Below are positions 25,868 to 34,735 of a stretch of DNA of 64,000 nucleotides, piece after piece. Within the stretch, counting starts at the first letter, position 1; the number at the start of each line of letters is the position of its first letter. The translations under genes and the position numbers were made by a program. Origin of the DNA: a virus (taxonomy: Duplodnaviria; Heunggongvirae; Uroviricota; Caudoviricetes); the IMG/VR virus record IMGVR_UViG_3300042892_004104, one strand, 5' to 3'. The notes under the pieces are model-generated. The model was given only the letters and a program-made list of their open reading frames with translations, ran no database searches and was not told the DNA's origin.

Positions 25868-26143
25868 ATGAGCATTCAAAGCATCAACACTGAGATCATC
25901 GCAGGTAATTTTACCAACGATCAACTCACCAGCATCATTGATGCTGTGAAATATGCTCGGGCTCAACTAGCCCAGAAAAACAAACGGGCCTTGACATTGC
26001 AGAGCAACGTGGAATTCACCAGTGCTAAAACTGGTCGAGTCATGCGTGGTTTTGTGCAAAAGATTGCCATCAAATATGTGACTGTAGACACAGGCGGGGG
26101 CCTGTGGCGGGTTCCTGCCAACATGCTGAAGGTAGTAGCATGA
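25868..26143 (+). CDS. hypothetical protein (91 aa)
   Basis: AGGAGAG SD. Confidence 0.55.
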   Translation: MSIQSINTEIIAGNFTNDQLTSIIDAVKYARAQLAQKNKRALTLQSNVEFTSAKTGRVMRGFVQKIAIKYVTVDTGGGLWRVPANMLKVVA

Positions 26144-26310
26144 GTCGCATTAAAGATTATTTTGCCCCTATAGAGGAACCGGACAACATGCCTTATGCCC
26201 CAGAACCAGAACCAGAACCAGACCAGGCAGAAGATCAGGGTCAACAAGTGTTTGCTCACATGATTCGCGAGCTTACACAACGTTTTCGGCCAGAACTTGA
26301 TTTTGACTAA
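26140..26310 (+). CDS. hypothetical acidic protein (56 aa)
   Basis: ATGA-coupled. Confidence 0.4.
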   Translation: MSRIKDYFAPIEEPDNMPYAPEPEPEPDQAEDQGQQVFAHMIRELTQRFRPELDFD

Positions 26311-26331
26311 AAATCACAGATCACGTATAAT
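26303..26331 (+). promoter_or_regulatory. sigma70-like promoter TTGACT-17-TATAAT
   Basis: Upstream of the MoxR-like gene. Confidence 0.55.
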
Positions 26332-26364
26332 ACAATTTTCAACCACTCCACCAAGGAAATTTCC

Positions 26365-27450
26365 ATGTCAGATACCCGCACTGTTACTTCTGCACAAGCC
26401 CGCAAGAGCCTGCTCAAAGCATTCCGCGTCCAGCGTCCGTTGTTCCTGTGGGGTCCTCCGGGTATTGGCAAAAGCGAACTGGTGGAAAATATCACCAAAG
26501 AGCTAGGTGGCCTAATGATTGATCTGCGCCTGGGCCAGATGGAACCCACCGACATTCGTGGCATTCCGTTCTACAACAAGGACATTGGCAAGATGGATTG
26601 GGCACCTCCTGTGGAATTGCCCGACGAAGAAATGGCCAAGGACTATCCCATTGTGGTCCTGTTCCTGGACGAGTTGAATTCAGCCGCACCCAGCGTTCAA
26701 AGTGCCGCATATCAGTTGATTCTGAATCGACGCATTGGCAAATATCGCCTGCCTAAAAATGTTGTTATGGTTGCCGCAGGCAACAGGGAAAGCGACAAGG
26801 GCGTTACTTACCGCATGCCTACTCCGCTGGCAAACCGTTTCTTGCACCAAGAGATGAAGGTGGATTTTGCTAGTTGGCAAGAGTGGGCTGTAACCAACAA
26901 AGTTCACAAGGACGTGGTTGGCTACTTGAGCTTTGCTAAACAGGACCTGTACGACTTTGATTCTAAGTCCAGCTCACGTGCGTTTGCTACACCGCGTACC
27001 TGGAGTTTTGTAAGCGAGCTCCTGCAAGAAGATGACAGCGACGACAACACCATGACCAACCTGATTGCAGGCACTGTGGGCGAAGGTCTTGCTGTGAAGT
27101 TCATGGCACATCGCAAGATTGCCGGACGCATGCCCAACCCTGCAGATATCTTGAGTGGCAAGGTTACCACTCTTGACGTCAAAGAAGTCAGTGCCATGTA
27201 CAGCCTGGTGATCTCCATGTGCTACGAGCTCAAGGCCGCTGTGGAGAACAAGGTGGAGGACAAAAAGTTTCAGGACATGGCCGACCACTTCCTGGGCTAC
27301 ATGATGAAAAACTTTGAAACAGAGTTGACTGTGATGGGTGCTAGAATTGCCCTTACTACTTATAACTTGCCCATGATGCCTACCAAGCTGAAAAACTTTG
27401 ACGAGTTCCATCAACGCTTTGGCAAGTACATTTTGGCTGCTAGTACCTAA
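26365..27450 (+). CDS. MoxR-family AAA+ ATPase (CobS-like)
   Basis: Walker A LWGPPGIGKSE, Walker B VVLFLDELN, sensor regions; ~360 aa as in phage CobS homologs. Confidence 0.85.
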   Translation: MSDTRTVTSAQARKSLLKAFRVQRPLFLWGPPGIGKSELVENITKELGGLMIDLRLGQMEPTDIRGIPFYNKDIGKMDWAPPVELPDEEMAKDYPIVVLFLDELNSAAPSVQSAAYQLILNRRIGKYRLPKNVVMVAAGNRESDKGVTYRMPTPLANRFLHQEMKVDFASWQEWAVTNKVHKDVVGYLSFAKQDLYDFDSKSSSRAFATPRTWSFVSELLQEDDSDDNTMTNLIAGTVGEGLAVKFMAHRKIAGRMPNPADILSGKVTTLDVKEVSAMYSLVISMCYELKAAVENKVEDKKFQDMADHFLGYMMKNFETELTVMGARIALTTYNLPMMPTKLKNFDEFHQRFGKYILAAST

Positions 27451-27456
27451 ATTGAT

Positions 27457-27489
27457 CGGGGCTGTTTAATCACAGCCCCGGTGTTTCTT
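27457..27489 (+). terminator. rho-independent terminator
   Basis: cggggctgt-ttaatc-acagccccg followed by gtgtttctt. Confidence 0.6.
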
Positions 27490-27506
27490 ATCACAAGGAC
27501 CAGAGT

Positions 27507-27749
27507 ATGGGATGGATAGTGTATACTAAAAAATCTGGCGAGATTTTGAGATATTACGATACTGAATCCAAGGCACGGTCGCAGGTGACTGGACACAATA
27601 AAAAACTATTTTGGTCAAGATTACAGTCAACCCGAATCGACTATAAAGAAGAATGGGCACATTGTGACTGGCAAGACTACGAAAATATTTTTAAGAAATA
27701 CTACGAAGTTCATAAACCCTACATGTTGCAGAGCAGCAGTTACAAATGA
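27507..27749 (+). CDS. hypothetical protein (80 aa)
   Basis: ORF. Confidence 0.5.
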   Translation: MGWIVYTKKSGEILRYYDTESKARSQVTGHNKKLFWSRLQSTRIDYKEEWAHCDWQDYENIFKKYYEVHKPYMLQSSSYK

Positions 27750-28084
27750 AATATCAAGTAACCGATATGGACCGCCGCTTCAGCCATAGCGCGAGCTTCA
27801 ACTATATGCTAGAGTTTTCCAAAAATACCTGGGGACATAGCACTGGTGTGTTGGATTTTGACCGAGCTCGTCGCTGGATGAATCGCACCTGGGGCTGGGG
27901 GCAGGATGTGGAAACTCGTACCGCTATCAAGCGTTGTAAAATGCTTAATCCTGCTGTTGCGGTACAGGATGAAGATATCAATCAGCACTGGGCATATTCG
28001 GTTGCATACAAAGACTATCGTATCTATCTTGCTAGTGAAAAAGAACTGGCATTTTTTCAACTGGCACATTCAGGCACTGAATAG
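27746..28084 (+). CDS. hypothetical protein (112 aa)
   Basis: ORF. Confidence 0.55.
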   Translation: MKYQVTDMDRRFSHSASFNYMLEFSKNTWGHSTGVLDFDRARRWMNRTWGWGQDVETRTAIKRCKMLNPAVAVQDEDINQHWAYSVAYKDYRIYLASEKELAFFQLAHSGTE

Positions 28085-28416
28085 TGGGACAGGTAACTGT
28101 AAAAAAGAATCTTGTGGTATTTCATGATCCTGCTGACTGGACAAAGATTCTAGATCAATTGACTCAGACTTATGGCAACACAATTCGCATGCGGCACATA
28201 ATGCGGCGTGAGCTAGGTTTTACTGCCCGTGACCATCAAGGACTAGAACCCTACTATGCACCAATTTCAACCGCCGCAGTAATATATCCTGGGCTAGTCT
28301 CTGTGGAAAAACGGCATCACTACAGTCCGCAGGTACACTTGGATTTTTTTACAGAGGCTGCGCACTCTTGGTTCCAGTTAAAGTACCTAAACCGTGAACG
28401 TCAGAACAATAGCTGA
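28084..28416 (+). CDS. hypothetical protein (110 aa)
   Basis: ORF; its 3' end lies in the tandem duplication. Confidence 0.55.
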   Translation: MGQVTVKKNLVVFHDPADWTKILDQLTQTYGNTIRMRHIMRRELGFTARDHQGLEPYYAPISTAAVIYPGLVSVEKRHHYSPQVHLDFFTEAAHSWFQLKYLNRERQNNS

Positions 28417-28481
28417 TTTGACCATTAATCGCTACCTAAACCGTGAACGTCAGAACAATAGCTGATTTGACCATTAATCGC
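28384..28481 (+). repeat. 49-bp perfect tandem direct repeat (2 copies) spanning the stop of 28084-28416
   Basis: tacctaaaccgtgaacgtcagaacaatagctgatttgaccattaatcgc x2 read directly. Confidence 0.9.
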
Positions 28482-28495
28482 TATTGTGCTATAAT
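28467..28495 (+). promoter_or_regulatory. sigma70-like promoter TTGACC-17-TATAAT; the -35 lies in repeat copy 2 and the -10 just beyond it
   Basis: Read directly; drives the VWA gene. Confidence 0.55.
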
Positions 28496-28520
28496 TACAC
28501 ATAAGCAACAAAGGACTCGC

Positions 28521-29798
28521 ATGACATCTACTACTGCTACAAAAGAAGACCACAAGAAGTTTGCCAACTTGCTGGGCAAAACTGATCCCAAAATTGATCG
28601 AGAAGTACGTGAGCTTTTGATCACTGCCCGTGTGGGCTTGCTGTTGAAAGCCAGTTTCTTTGGCAACTTGGCCACTAGATTGAAACTGGTCAATGCCGAC
28701 GAATGGTGCAGTACCGCCGCAACAGACGGCAGAAACTTCTATTACAACAGCCGTTTCATCAAACTGTTGCGTCCCAAAGAAATTGAATTCTTGTTTGGCC
28801 ACGAAGTCTTGCATTGTGTATATGATCACTTTGGCCGTAGGGGTGATAGAGATCCTCAACTGTTTAACATTGCCAATGACTTTTGCGTTAATGCAGACCT
28901 AATCAAACACAAAGTAGGTGAAAAGATCACGTCAGTGCCTTGTTTGTATGATCCCAAGTATGATGGCATGAGCTCCGAAGAAATCTACGATATCTTGTAT
29001 GAAAAAGCAGACAAGATTGACATTGGCAAATTGCTGGATCAAATGATCGACGAGCACCTGGATGGTGAAGGCGACAGCGACAGTGACGACGATCAAGATG
29101 GCAAAGGCAAAGGTCGTCCCAAACTCACTGCCGAAGAACGTCAAGCCATCAAGGATGAGATCAAGGAAGCCATGCTGGCAGCGGCTGCCACAGTGGACGG
29201 AGCAGGCAACTTGCCCGCAGGTGTCAAGCGACTGATCCAGGAGCTCACCGAGCCACAAATGAACTGGCGTGAACTGTTGCGTATGCAATTGGAGAGCACT
29301 ATCAAAAGTGACTACACCTGGATGCGAGCAAGCCGTAAAGGCTGGCACATGGATGCAGTCATGCCTGGCATGAAACTGGATCCCATGATTGATATTGCTG
29401 TGGCTCTGGATGCATCTGGCAGTATTAGCGAAACCATGCTGAAAGACTTCTTGGGTGAGATTCAAGGCATCATGGAATCGTTCCCAGCATACCGTATTCA
29501 TGTGGTCACATTTGATACCGAAGCATACAACCCTGTGCAGTATGACAGTGAAAACTTAGATGACATCTGCGATTACGAAATCAAGGGTGGTGGTGGCACA
29601 GACTTTGAATGTATCTTCAACTACCTGAAAGAGAACGAGATTGAACCCAAGCGCCTGGTAGTGTTCACAGACGGCTACCCGTTTGGTTCATGGGGTGATG
29701 AGAACTACGCAGACACTGTGTGGATCTTGCATGGCACTACAACCATTGTGCCACCTTGGGGACAGCATGCCTACTACGATGAGGAGAAAAACAAATGA
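28521..29798 (+). CDS. VWA-domain protein with N-terminal HExxH metallopeptidase-like domain (CobT-like or MoxR-associated)
   Basis: HEVLH; MIDAS motif DASGS; C-terminal FTDGYP. Confidence 0.8.
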   Translation: MTSTTATKEDHKKFANLLGKTDPKIDREVRELLITARVGLLLKASFFGNLATRLKLVNADEWCSTAATDGRNFYYNSRFIKLLRPKEIEFLFGHEVLHCVYDHFGRRGDRDPQLFNIANDFCVNADLIKHKVGEKITSVPCLYDPKYDGMSSEEIYDILYEKADKIDIGKLLDQMIDEHLDGEGDSDSDDDQDGKGKGRPKLTAEERQAIKDEIKEAMLAAAATVDGAGNLPAGVKRLIQELTEPQMNWRELLRMQLESTIKSDYTWMRASRKGWHMDAVMPGMKLDPMIDIAVALDASGSISETMLKDFLGEIQGIMESFPAYRIHVVTFDTEAYNPVQYDSENLDDICDYEIKGGGGTDFECIFNYLKENEIEPKRLVVFTDGYPFGSWGDENYADTVWILHGTTTIVPPWGQHAYYDEEKNK

Positions 29799-30223
29799 TT
29801 GTTAGACTAGAGCAAGATGCCAACGGCGATTTGATTCTGCCACTCAGCGACGAACTGTTGCAGTCAGTTGGTTGGCAAATTGGTGACACTGTTGTGTGGA
29901 CTGATAACAAAGATGGTTCCTGGACCATGAGCAAGAAGCCCAAGACCAGGATTGTGCTGGTTGATGCACTGGTATCATATCGCATGCGTTATGCTGTGGA
30001 ACTGGCAGAAGATTCACCGGAAGAGTGGGCCAGAGACACTGTGACCATGGAACAGGCTGTAGAGTTTAGCCAGGAGTGCCTGGGCGAGCAGATTGTGTCA
30101 CACAGAGTGATTACTGAGGATGAATTTTTACAACAGTTTGACAAGGACAACGGTTATCTTGCAGACTGGCCCGCAGACAAAAAGTTTGACTCAGCACTGA
30201 CCCGGCTGGAGATCACAAAGTGA
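29795..30223 (+). CDS. hypothetical protein (142 aa)
   Basis: ORF. Confidence 0.55.
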   Translation: MIVRLEQDANGDLILPLSDELLQSVGWQIGDTVVWTDNKDGSWTMSKKPKTRIVLVDALVSYRMRYAVELAEDSPEEWARDTVTMEQAVEFSQECLGEQIVSHRVITEDEFLQQFDKDNGYLADWPADKKFDSALTRLEITK

Positions 30224-30495
30224 ACGAACGAATTCAACTACTGATTGAGCAGGCCACTACCCGCATTGATCCCACGGCTCATGACGGAGCGTGTTGGGAC
30301 TTTGATAAAGAAAAGTTCGCCGAGTTGATTGTAGCAGAATGTATTGCACAATGCGAGCAAGTTGCTACAGATGCTGATGCTATGACTAATAGTAAATTTG
30401 TAACTGATGCAGGTCGTATGCTTCACGAAGGTATGTGGGGTGGCGCCAAGAATTGTACCGCCCAGATTCAAACACATTTTGGAGTAGAAGAATGA
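30220..30495 (+). CDS. small paralog family member (GTG start)
   Basis: MNERIQLLIEQA...KFAELIVAEC...THFGVEE. Confidence 0.55.
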   Translation: MNERIQLLIEQATTRIDPTAHDGACWDFDKEKFAELIVAECIAQCEQVATDADAMTNSKFVTDAGRMLHEGMWGGAKNCTAQIQTHFGVEE

Positions 30496-30644
30496 CTCCG
30501 GCTGAGATTATTTTATTAGTAATTCTTTCTCCGTTGTATTTGGGGATAACAGTAGCAGGAGTAGGAGTTGTAATAGTCTCGTGGATATGTGTATTCGCCC
30601 TGCTGGGTAATCAGAAAGCACGAGACTTTATACGGAGATTTTAA
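30492..30644 (+). CDS. 50-aa transmembrane protein
   Basis: ATGA-coupled; two hydrophobic segments. Confidence 0.4.
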   Translation: MTPAEIILLVILSPLYLGITVAGVGVVIVSWICVFALLGNQKARDFIRRF

Positions 30645-30646
30645 GA

Positions 30647-30862
30647 ATGAACGAACGAATTCTAAAACTTGGTGCAGAGGCCGGACTGTATGTGGATCTC
30701 GACGGTGCGCCGTGGCCGCGAGCCATGTCAGCCGAAGAATCTGAAGCAGCCTATAAAAAGTTCGCCGAGTTGATTGTTCAGGATGTGTTAAACGAAGTGC
30801 TACAGGCAATAGATGATGGTATGGACGTCTACTACACAGTGGCAGATAAATTTCGGAGTTGA
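30647..30862 (+). CDS. small paralog family member
   Basis: MNERILKLGAEA...KFAELIVQD. Confidence 0.55.
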   Translation: MNERILKLGAEAGLYVDLDGAPWPRAMSAEESEAAYKKFAELIVQDVLNEVLQAIDDGMDVYYTVADKFRS

Positions 30863-30865
30863 AGA

Positions 30866-31033
30866 ATGAAGGAAATCATAGCATTGATCACTGCGTATTT
30901 TACAGCATTCATAGTTACTTACGGGCATGCCTATCAGCAGGTAGATTCTACCTTTGCCGGAGAGAATGCTGTTGGAGCATTCGTTTCATCACTCTTCTGG
31001 CCACTCTATTGGTCTGTGCAGGTGTGGAAATAG
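30866..31033 (+). CDS. 55-aa membrane protein (ATG-initiated; preferred over the track's TTG-initiated 30859-31176 ORF)
   Basis: ATG lies 9 nt after GGAG of the junction motif; hydrophobic. Confidence 0.4.
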   Translation: MKEIIALITAYFTAFIVTYGHAYQQVDSTFAGENAVGAFVSSLFWPLYWSVQVWK

Positions 31034-31052
31034 TTGTTAATGGAGTTGAACT

Positions 31053-31286
31053 ATGTCGACTGATTGTAACTCACACGAATTTCTATGGAAGGCAGATCGC
31101 GCCATTCCTATGTGGAGTGGAGAATGGACTCCGCCAGAAGGTTCAAGTATGGCTAGAGGATATGCTCATGAGATAACCAATGAATGGAGACAGTATTGGA
31201 TTGCTCAGAATGCTAAAGATGGTTGGAAACAGGTAGCAAGACAGATACAAGATAGCGTTAATAGACATTTTGGAGTTGAATCATGA
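31053..31286 (+). CDS. small protein ending ...RHFGVES
   Basis: ORF with family-like C-terminus. Confidence 0.5.
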   Translation: MSTDCNSHEFLWKADRAIPMWSGEWTPPEGSSMARGYAHEITNEWRQYWIAQNAKDGWKQVARQIQDSVNRHFGVES

Positions 31287-31368
31287 TTGAACTATTGGTC
31301 CTTGTGTGTGTAATTGGTCCCACTGTGGTTGTTCACTACTTGGGCAAGTAATATTTTGGAGTTGAAGA

Positions 31369-31545
31369 ATGATTAGACTTTGGTTGGTATTTTTTGTTTC
31401 GGTTGCTGTGATACATTTTGCCATTGCGGCCTGGCGAAAGATAGACGGAAAAGAACGCTGGTCCTTGACAAAATCTCTAGGATACAGTATAATTGTTTCA
31501 CTGCTAACAGTAATGCTGATGACAGCAATTGTGGTAATTTTTTAA
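31369..31545 (+). CDS. 58-aa two-TM membrane protein
   Basis: Preceded by an intergenic copy of the TTTTGGAGTTGAAGAATGA motif. Confidence 0.4.
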   Translation: MIRLWLVFFVSVAVIHFAIAAWRKIDGKERWSLTKSLGYSIIVSLLTVMLMTAIVVIF

Positions 31546-31553
31546 GGAACTGT

Positions 31554-31643
31554 ATGTTTTCTGAAGTGGTTGGACGCCTGGCGTATGTTGCGCTGGGTAT
31601 TGTGATTGGTATCAATCTTTTTCTTTTTTTTGGAGTTATCTAA
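31554..31643 (+). CDS. 29-aa hydrophobic peptide ending ...FFGVI
   Basis: Coupled to the 31643 start. Confidence 0.3.
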   Translation: MFSEVVGRLAYVALGIVIGINLFLFFGVI

Positions 31644-32440
31644 TGAATCGTGTTATTAAACTTTCTATCGTAGCCGCGGCTGTGGCTCTTACTAGTGCTT
31701 GCACTCGCATTGAAACCGGCGAGGTCGGTGTGCGTGTGGGCTTTGACAAACAGGTAAAATCTGGCGAACTGTTGCCAGGCTCGTTCAATCAAACCTTGAT
31801 TGGTGAAGTGCTCACATTCCCTATCAAGGATGTCAATGTAGTTCTGGACAACATGACTCCTGTGGCCAAAGACAACAGCACCATGAAAGAGGTGGATGCC
31901 GTGGTTGTTTATAACATCAACCCACAAAGTGTTGCAGAGTTGTACAGTACCAAGAACAAGAGCTTTCATGCTGAGTTCAAGGGCGATACCTATGTGATGT
32001 ACAACTACATTGTACAGAATGCTCGTAACGCCATCTACAAGGCTGCTCGCAAGTACGAGGCCCTGGACATGGCAGATGCTCGTGGTGACATGGAAACCTT
32101 TATCAAGGAAGAAATTGTTCGTAATCTTACCGAAGAAAAACTAGACAGTAGCATCACTATCAGTCAGGTGTTGATTCGTAATATTGTGCCAGCCGACACT
32201 GTGGTTGAAAGCGCCAATGCATTGGTTCGCAGTAAAAACGAACTCAAGCAGAAGGAAGTTGAAGTCAAGACCGCTGAAGCTGAAAGCCGTCGTATGGCAG
32301 CATTGGCCAACAACTCAGGTGCAAGCATTGCGTTCATGCAGGCACAGGCCATGTTGAACATTTCGGAAGGTATCAAGAACGGTCAAGTGCAGACCATTGT
32401 TGTTCCCTCAAACTTCAACGCACTCATGATGAACAAGTAA
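31643..32440 (+). CDS. SPFH/band-7 (prohibitin/HflKC-like) domain lipoprotein
   Basis: Lipobox-type signal (…ALTSAC), SPFH-like core, coiled-coil C-terminus (KQKEVEVKTAEAESRRMAAL). Confidence 0.7.
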   Translation: MNRVIKLSIVAAAVALTSACTRIETGEVGVRVGFDKQVKSGELLPGSFNQTLIGEVLTFPIKDVNVVLDNMTPVAKDNSTMKEVDAVVVYNINPQSVAELYSTKNKSFHAEFKGDTYVMYNYIVQNARNAIYKAARKYEALDMADARGDMETFIKEEIVRNLTEEKLDSSITISQVLIRNIVPADTVVESANALVRSKNELKQKEVEVKTAEAESRRMAALANNSGASIAFMQAQAMLNISEGIKNGQVQTIVVPSNFNALMMNK

Positions 32441-32441
32441 T

Positions 32442-32627
32442 ATGCTCTGGACTCTAATACTATTTGCACATGTTGGTATGATGAGTGATAAGGATTCCAT
32501 GGCGCTGACTTCAGTGCCTGGTTTCCGAACTCAACAAGAATGTGCAGCAGCTGGTAAAACTGCTGAAAAGATGGCTGCTGGAACAACTAAGGTAATGAAA
32601 TTTACCTGTGTTGAGGTTACTAAATGA
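32442..32627 (+). CDS. small protein (61 aa)
   Basis: ORF. Confidence 0.4.
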   Translation: MLWTLILFAHVGMMSDKDSMALTSVPGFRTQQECAAAGKTAEKMAAGTTKVMKFTCVEVTK

Positions 32628-32644
32628 ACAAGTAAGGCATACTC

Positions 32645-32872
32645 ATGTACAAAACAGTTTACAAAGAAGTTGAAGTTGATGTTGACTTGCACGACTTTGA
32701 CACCGATGATCTGATTGAAGAACTAGAAGAACGCGGAGAACTACCTTCCAGCACCGGGCCATACGACAGTAACGAATTGGTGCAACAAATCTGGATGCTT
32801 CGACGCAACGGAAAAGACTACCAACGTGTGTTGGATGATTTGATCTATGCTGTGACCGGACGGATTGTGTGA
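32645..32872 (+). CDS. acidic small protein (75 aa)
   Basis: ORF. Confidence 0.45.
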   Translation: MYKTVYKEVEVDVDLHDFDTDDLIEELEERGELPSSTGPYDSNELVQQIWMLRRNGKDYQRVLDDLIYAVTGRIV

Positions 32873-33042
32873 TATGACTGAGTTTGTCAATGCACTTGTG
32901 CCCTTTGTGTATGGCTTTGCTATTGGTTTTTTCTACAACCCGTTGTGGAAACTGTTCAAGAGGATAGTTGAAGAGGCCAAGGCGGCCAAAAAAGAGTGGT
33001 AATGGACTGATTTGAGTCTATGATTAAAAAAGGAAAAATATT

Positions 33043-33222
33043 ATGATGAGCAAATTTAGAGCATGGTATGTTGAATACCAAGATGAGATCTCTTGGTTTT
33101 TGATTGGTTGGTTGAGTCTGGCCACTATTGAACATTTTGTAGAGCAAAAGTACATCTGGGCCGCATTCGATGCAGTGATGGTATATGCCAACTACAAGAT
33201 GTCCAAGTTTCAGATGAAGTGA
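33043..33222 (+). CDS. 59-aa hypothetical protein
   Basis: ORF just below the track cutoff. Confidence 0.3.
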   Translation: MMSKFRAWYVEYQDEISWFLIGWLSLATIEHFVEQKYIWAAFDAVMVYANYKMSKFQMK

Positions 33223-33225
33223 TGT

Positions 33226-33468
33226 GTGGCCAGTCTAGCTGAGTATTTTGCTGCCAATCGTCCGGTTGCAAAATACAACATTGGCGATCGGGTTATAGGC
33301 AAATATCATGGAGTGCCGTTTGTGGGCACATGCGGCGCTGATATCATGGTCAACGAAAGCGTAGGACCGCTGGTAACTGTGTTCCTGGATTTGCCTCTAA
33401 AGCACAATGATCAATGGCATGAGCTGTTTGTCAAGGTCAAATACAAAGACATCAAGCTGTATTGTTAA
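33226..33468 (+). CDS. hypothetical protein (80 aa)
   Basis: ORF. Confidence 0.45.
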   Translation: MASLAEYFAANRPVAKYNIGDRVIGKYHGVPFVGTCGADIMVNESVGPLVTVFLDLPLKHNDQWHELFVKVKYKDIKLYC

Positions 33469-33526
33469 ATGTCAGTATATTGATTTAAAAATATTGCCGT
33501 TGTATTTTTATAGATTAAATATCTAT

Positions 33527-33721
33527 ATGGAAAACGCACAACTTACCATTGCTGACATGGCTTCACTCAAAAGTCTATTAGAAGCTGCTGCCAATCGCGG
33601 TGCCTTCAAAGCACAAGAAATGAGCACTGTAGGTGCCATTTATGACAAACTCTCAAAGTTTGTAGAAGTAACAACAGCTCAACTGGCTGAACAACAAGCA
33701 CAAGGAGAACAAAATGCTTAA
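33527..33721 (+). CDS. hypothetical protein (64 aa)
   Basis: Internal ATG of the track ORF. Confidence 0.45.
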   Translation: MENAQLTIADMASLKSLLEAAANRGAFKAQEMSTVGAIYDKLSKFVEVTTAQLAEQQAQGEQNA

Positions 33722-34442
33722 ACATATTGGACGTCATGGTGATCGCAAGGTCGCAATTTTATTTAGAGAAGTACCTGGTGAAGATCACATGTGCTTGGTT
33801 GTGTATCCAGAAACACTGCCCACACACATTCACAACTCAATCATGAGCACTTTGGAAAGTCTACCTGGGCAAGCAGCACCCAATCTAGCAGATGTGCTGG
33901 GACGAAATTTATTGCCCGACGGTAGACCACAACTAGAGGCTTTGCATCGTGAAGGAATGATCAAGAAAATTCCCGCAAGCCAAGTGATTGTAACACCCAC
34001 AGCACAAAGCAGTGTCAAGCTGGATGAAATGAATCAGATCATTCGCGAGATGGAAACAGGTGAGTCGGCCCACAAGCGACTGCAAGAACTAGATGCCAGC
34101 GCTGGCTTTGTTGATCCTGCACAGAAACGCAAGGCCGAAGCTGAATACAAACGCAGCCGCGAACGTCAAGCCCAACCAGCTGCCGCGCCCTTGACCAGTG
34201 ATGCCAACAGTGCATTGGACGACAAAACCTTGGCCACCAACATGCTAGCACAGGCCAAACGTATGGAACTGGAAGCTCGTAGCCTGGTTGCTGAAGCTGC
34301 CCGAATGAAAAAAGATGCACAACGCATGTTCCCAGGTGTGCAAAACACCGGTGAAGTTGTTGCAGCAGCAACACCAACAGAAGCAGTCCCTGCCAAAATT
34401 CGCAGTCGCAAAAAGGTAGTGACTGCCGATGCCGTTCAGTGA
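33714..34442 (+). CDS. hypothetical protein (242 aa), charged coiled-coil C-terminus
   Basis: ORF. Confidence 0.6.
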   Translation: MLKHIGRHGDRKVAILFREVPGEDHMCLVVYPETLPTHIHNSIMSTLESLPGQAAPNLADVLGRNLLPDGRPQLEALHREGMIKKIPASQVIVTPTAQSSVKLDEMNQIIREMETGESAHKRLQELDASAGFVDPAQKRKAEAEYKRSRERQAQPAAAPLTSDANSALDDKTLATNMLAQAKRMELEARSLVAEAARMKKDAQRMFPGVQNTGEVVAAATPTEAVPAKIRSRKKVVTADAVQ

Positions 34443-34734
34443 TGAATTCCTTGCTATGTGGGAGCATATAATTGAGGAGGTACACAAGACCGAGGTACCT
34501 CTCGAGTGTATCAAAAAAGTAGTAATCAAGCTACATAGCAAGCGACAAAAAACAATAAATCTACAAACTCTACGACGCCAGGGCTTGGACAGCAATGAAC
34601 TTGAAACCATACTAACTCGCACACTGCTGGAGTTGGATGATCAGGTTCGTGACGTTGAATTCGTGGTAGATATCGGTGCTGTGGCCGAACTAGTACAACC
34701 TGAAACCGATAAACTCTTGACCAATTTAAAATAG
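34429..34734 (+). CDS. hypothetical protein (101 aa)
   Basis: ORF. Confidence 0.5.
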   Translation: MPFSDEFLAMWEHIIEEVHKTEVPLECIKKVVIKLHSKRQKTINLQTLRRQGLDSNELETILTRTLLELDDQVRDVEFVVDIGAVAELVQPETDKLLTNLK

Positions 34735-34735
34735 C

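Noticed and set aside
30859-31176. TTG-initiated, Cys-rich 105-aa ORF from the track
   Set aside because: An ATG 7 nt downstream (30866) in another frame gives a hydrophobic 55-aa protein that fits the conserved GGAG-N8-ATG junction pattern used by every neighbouring gene
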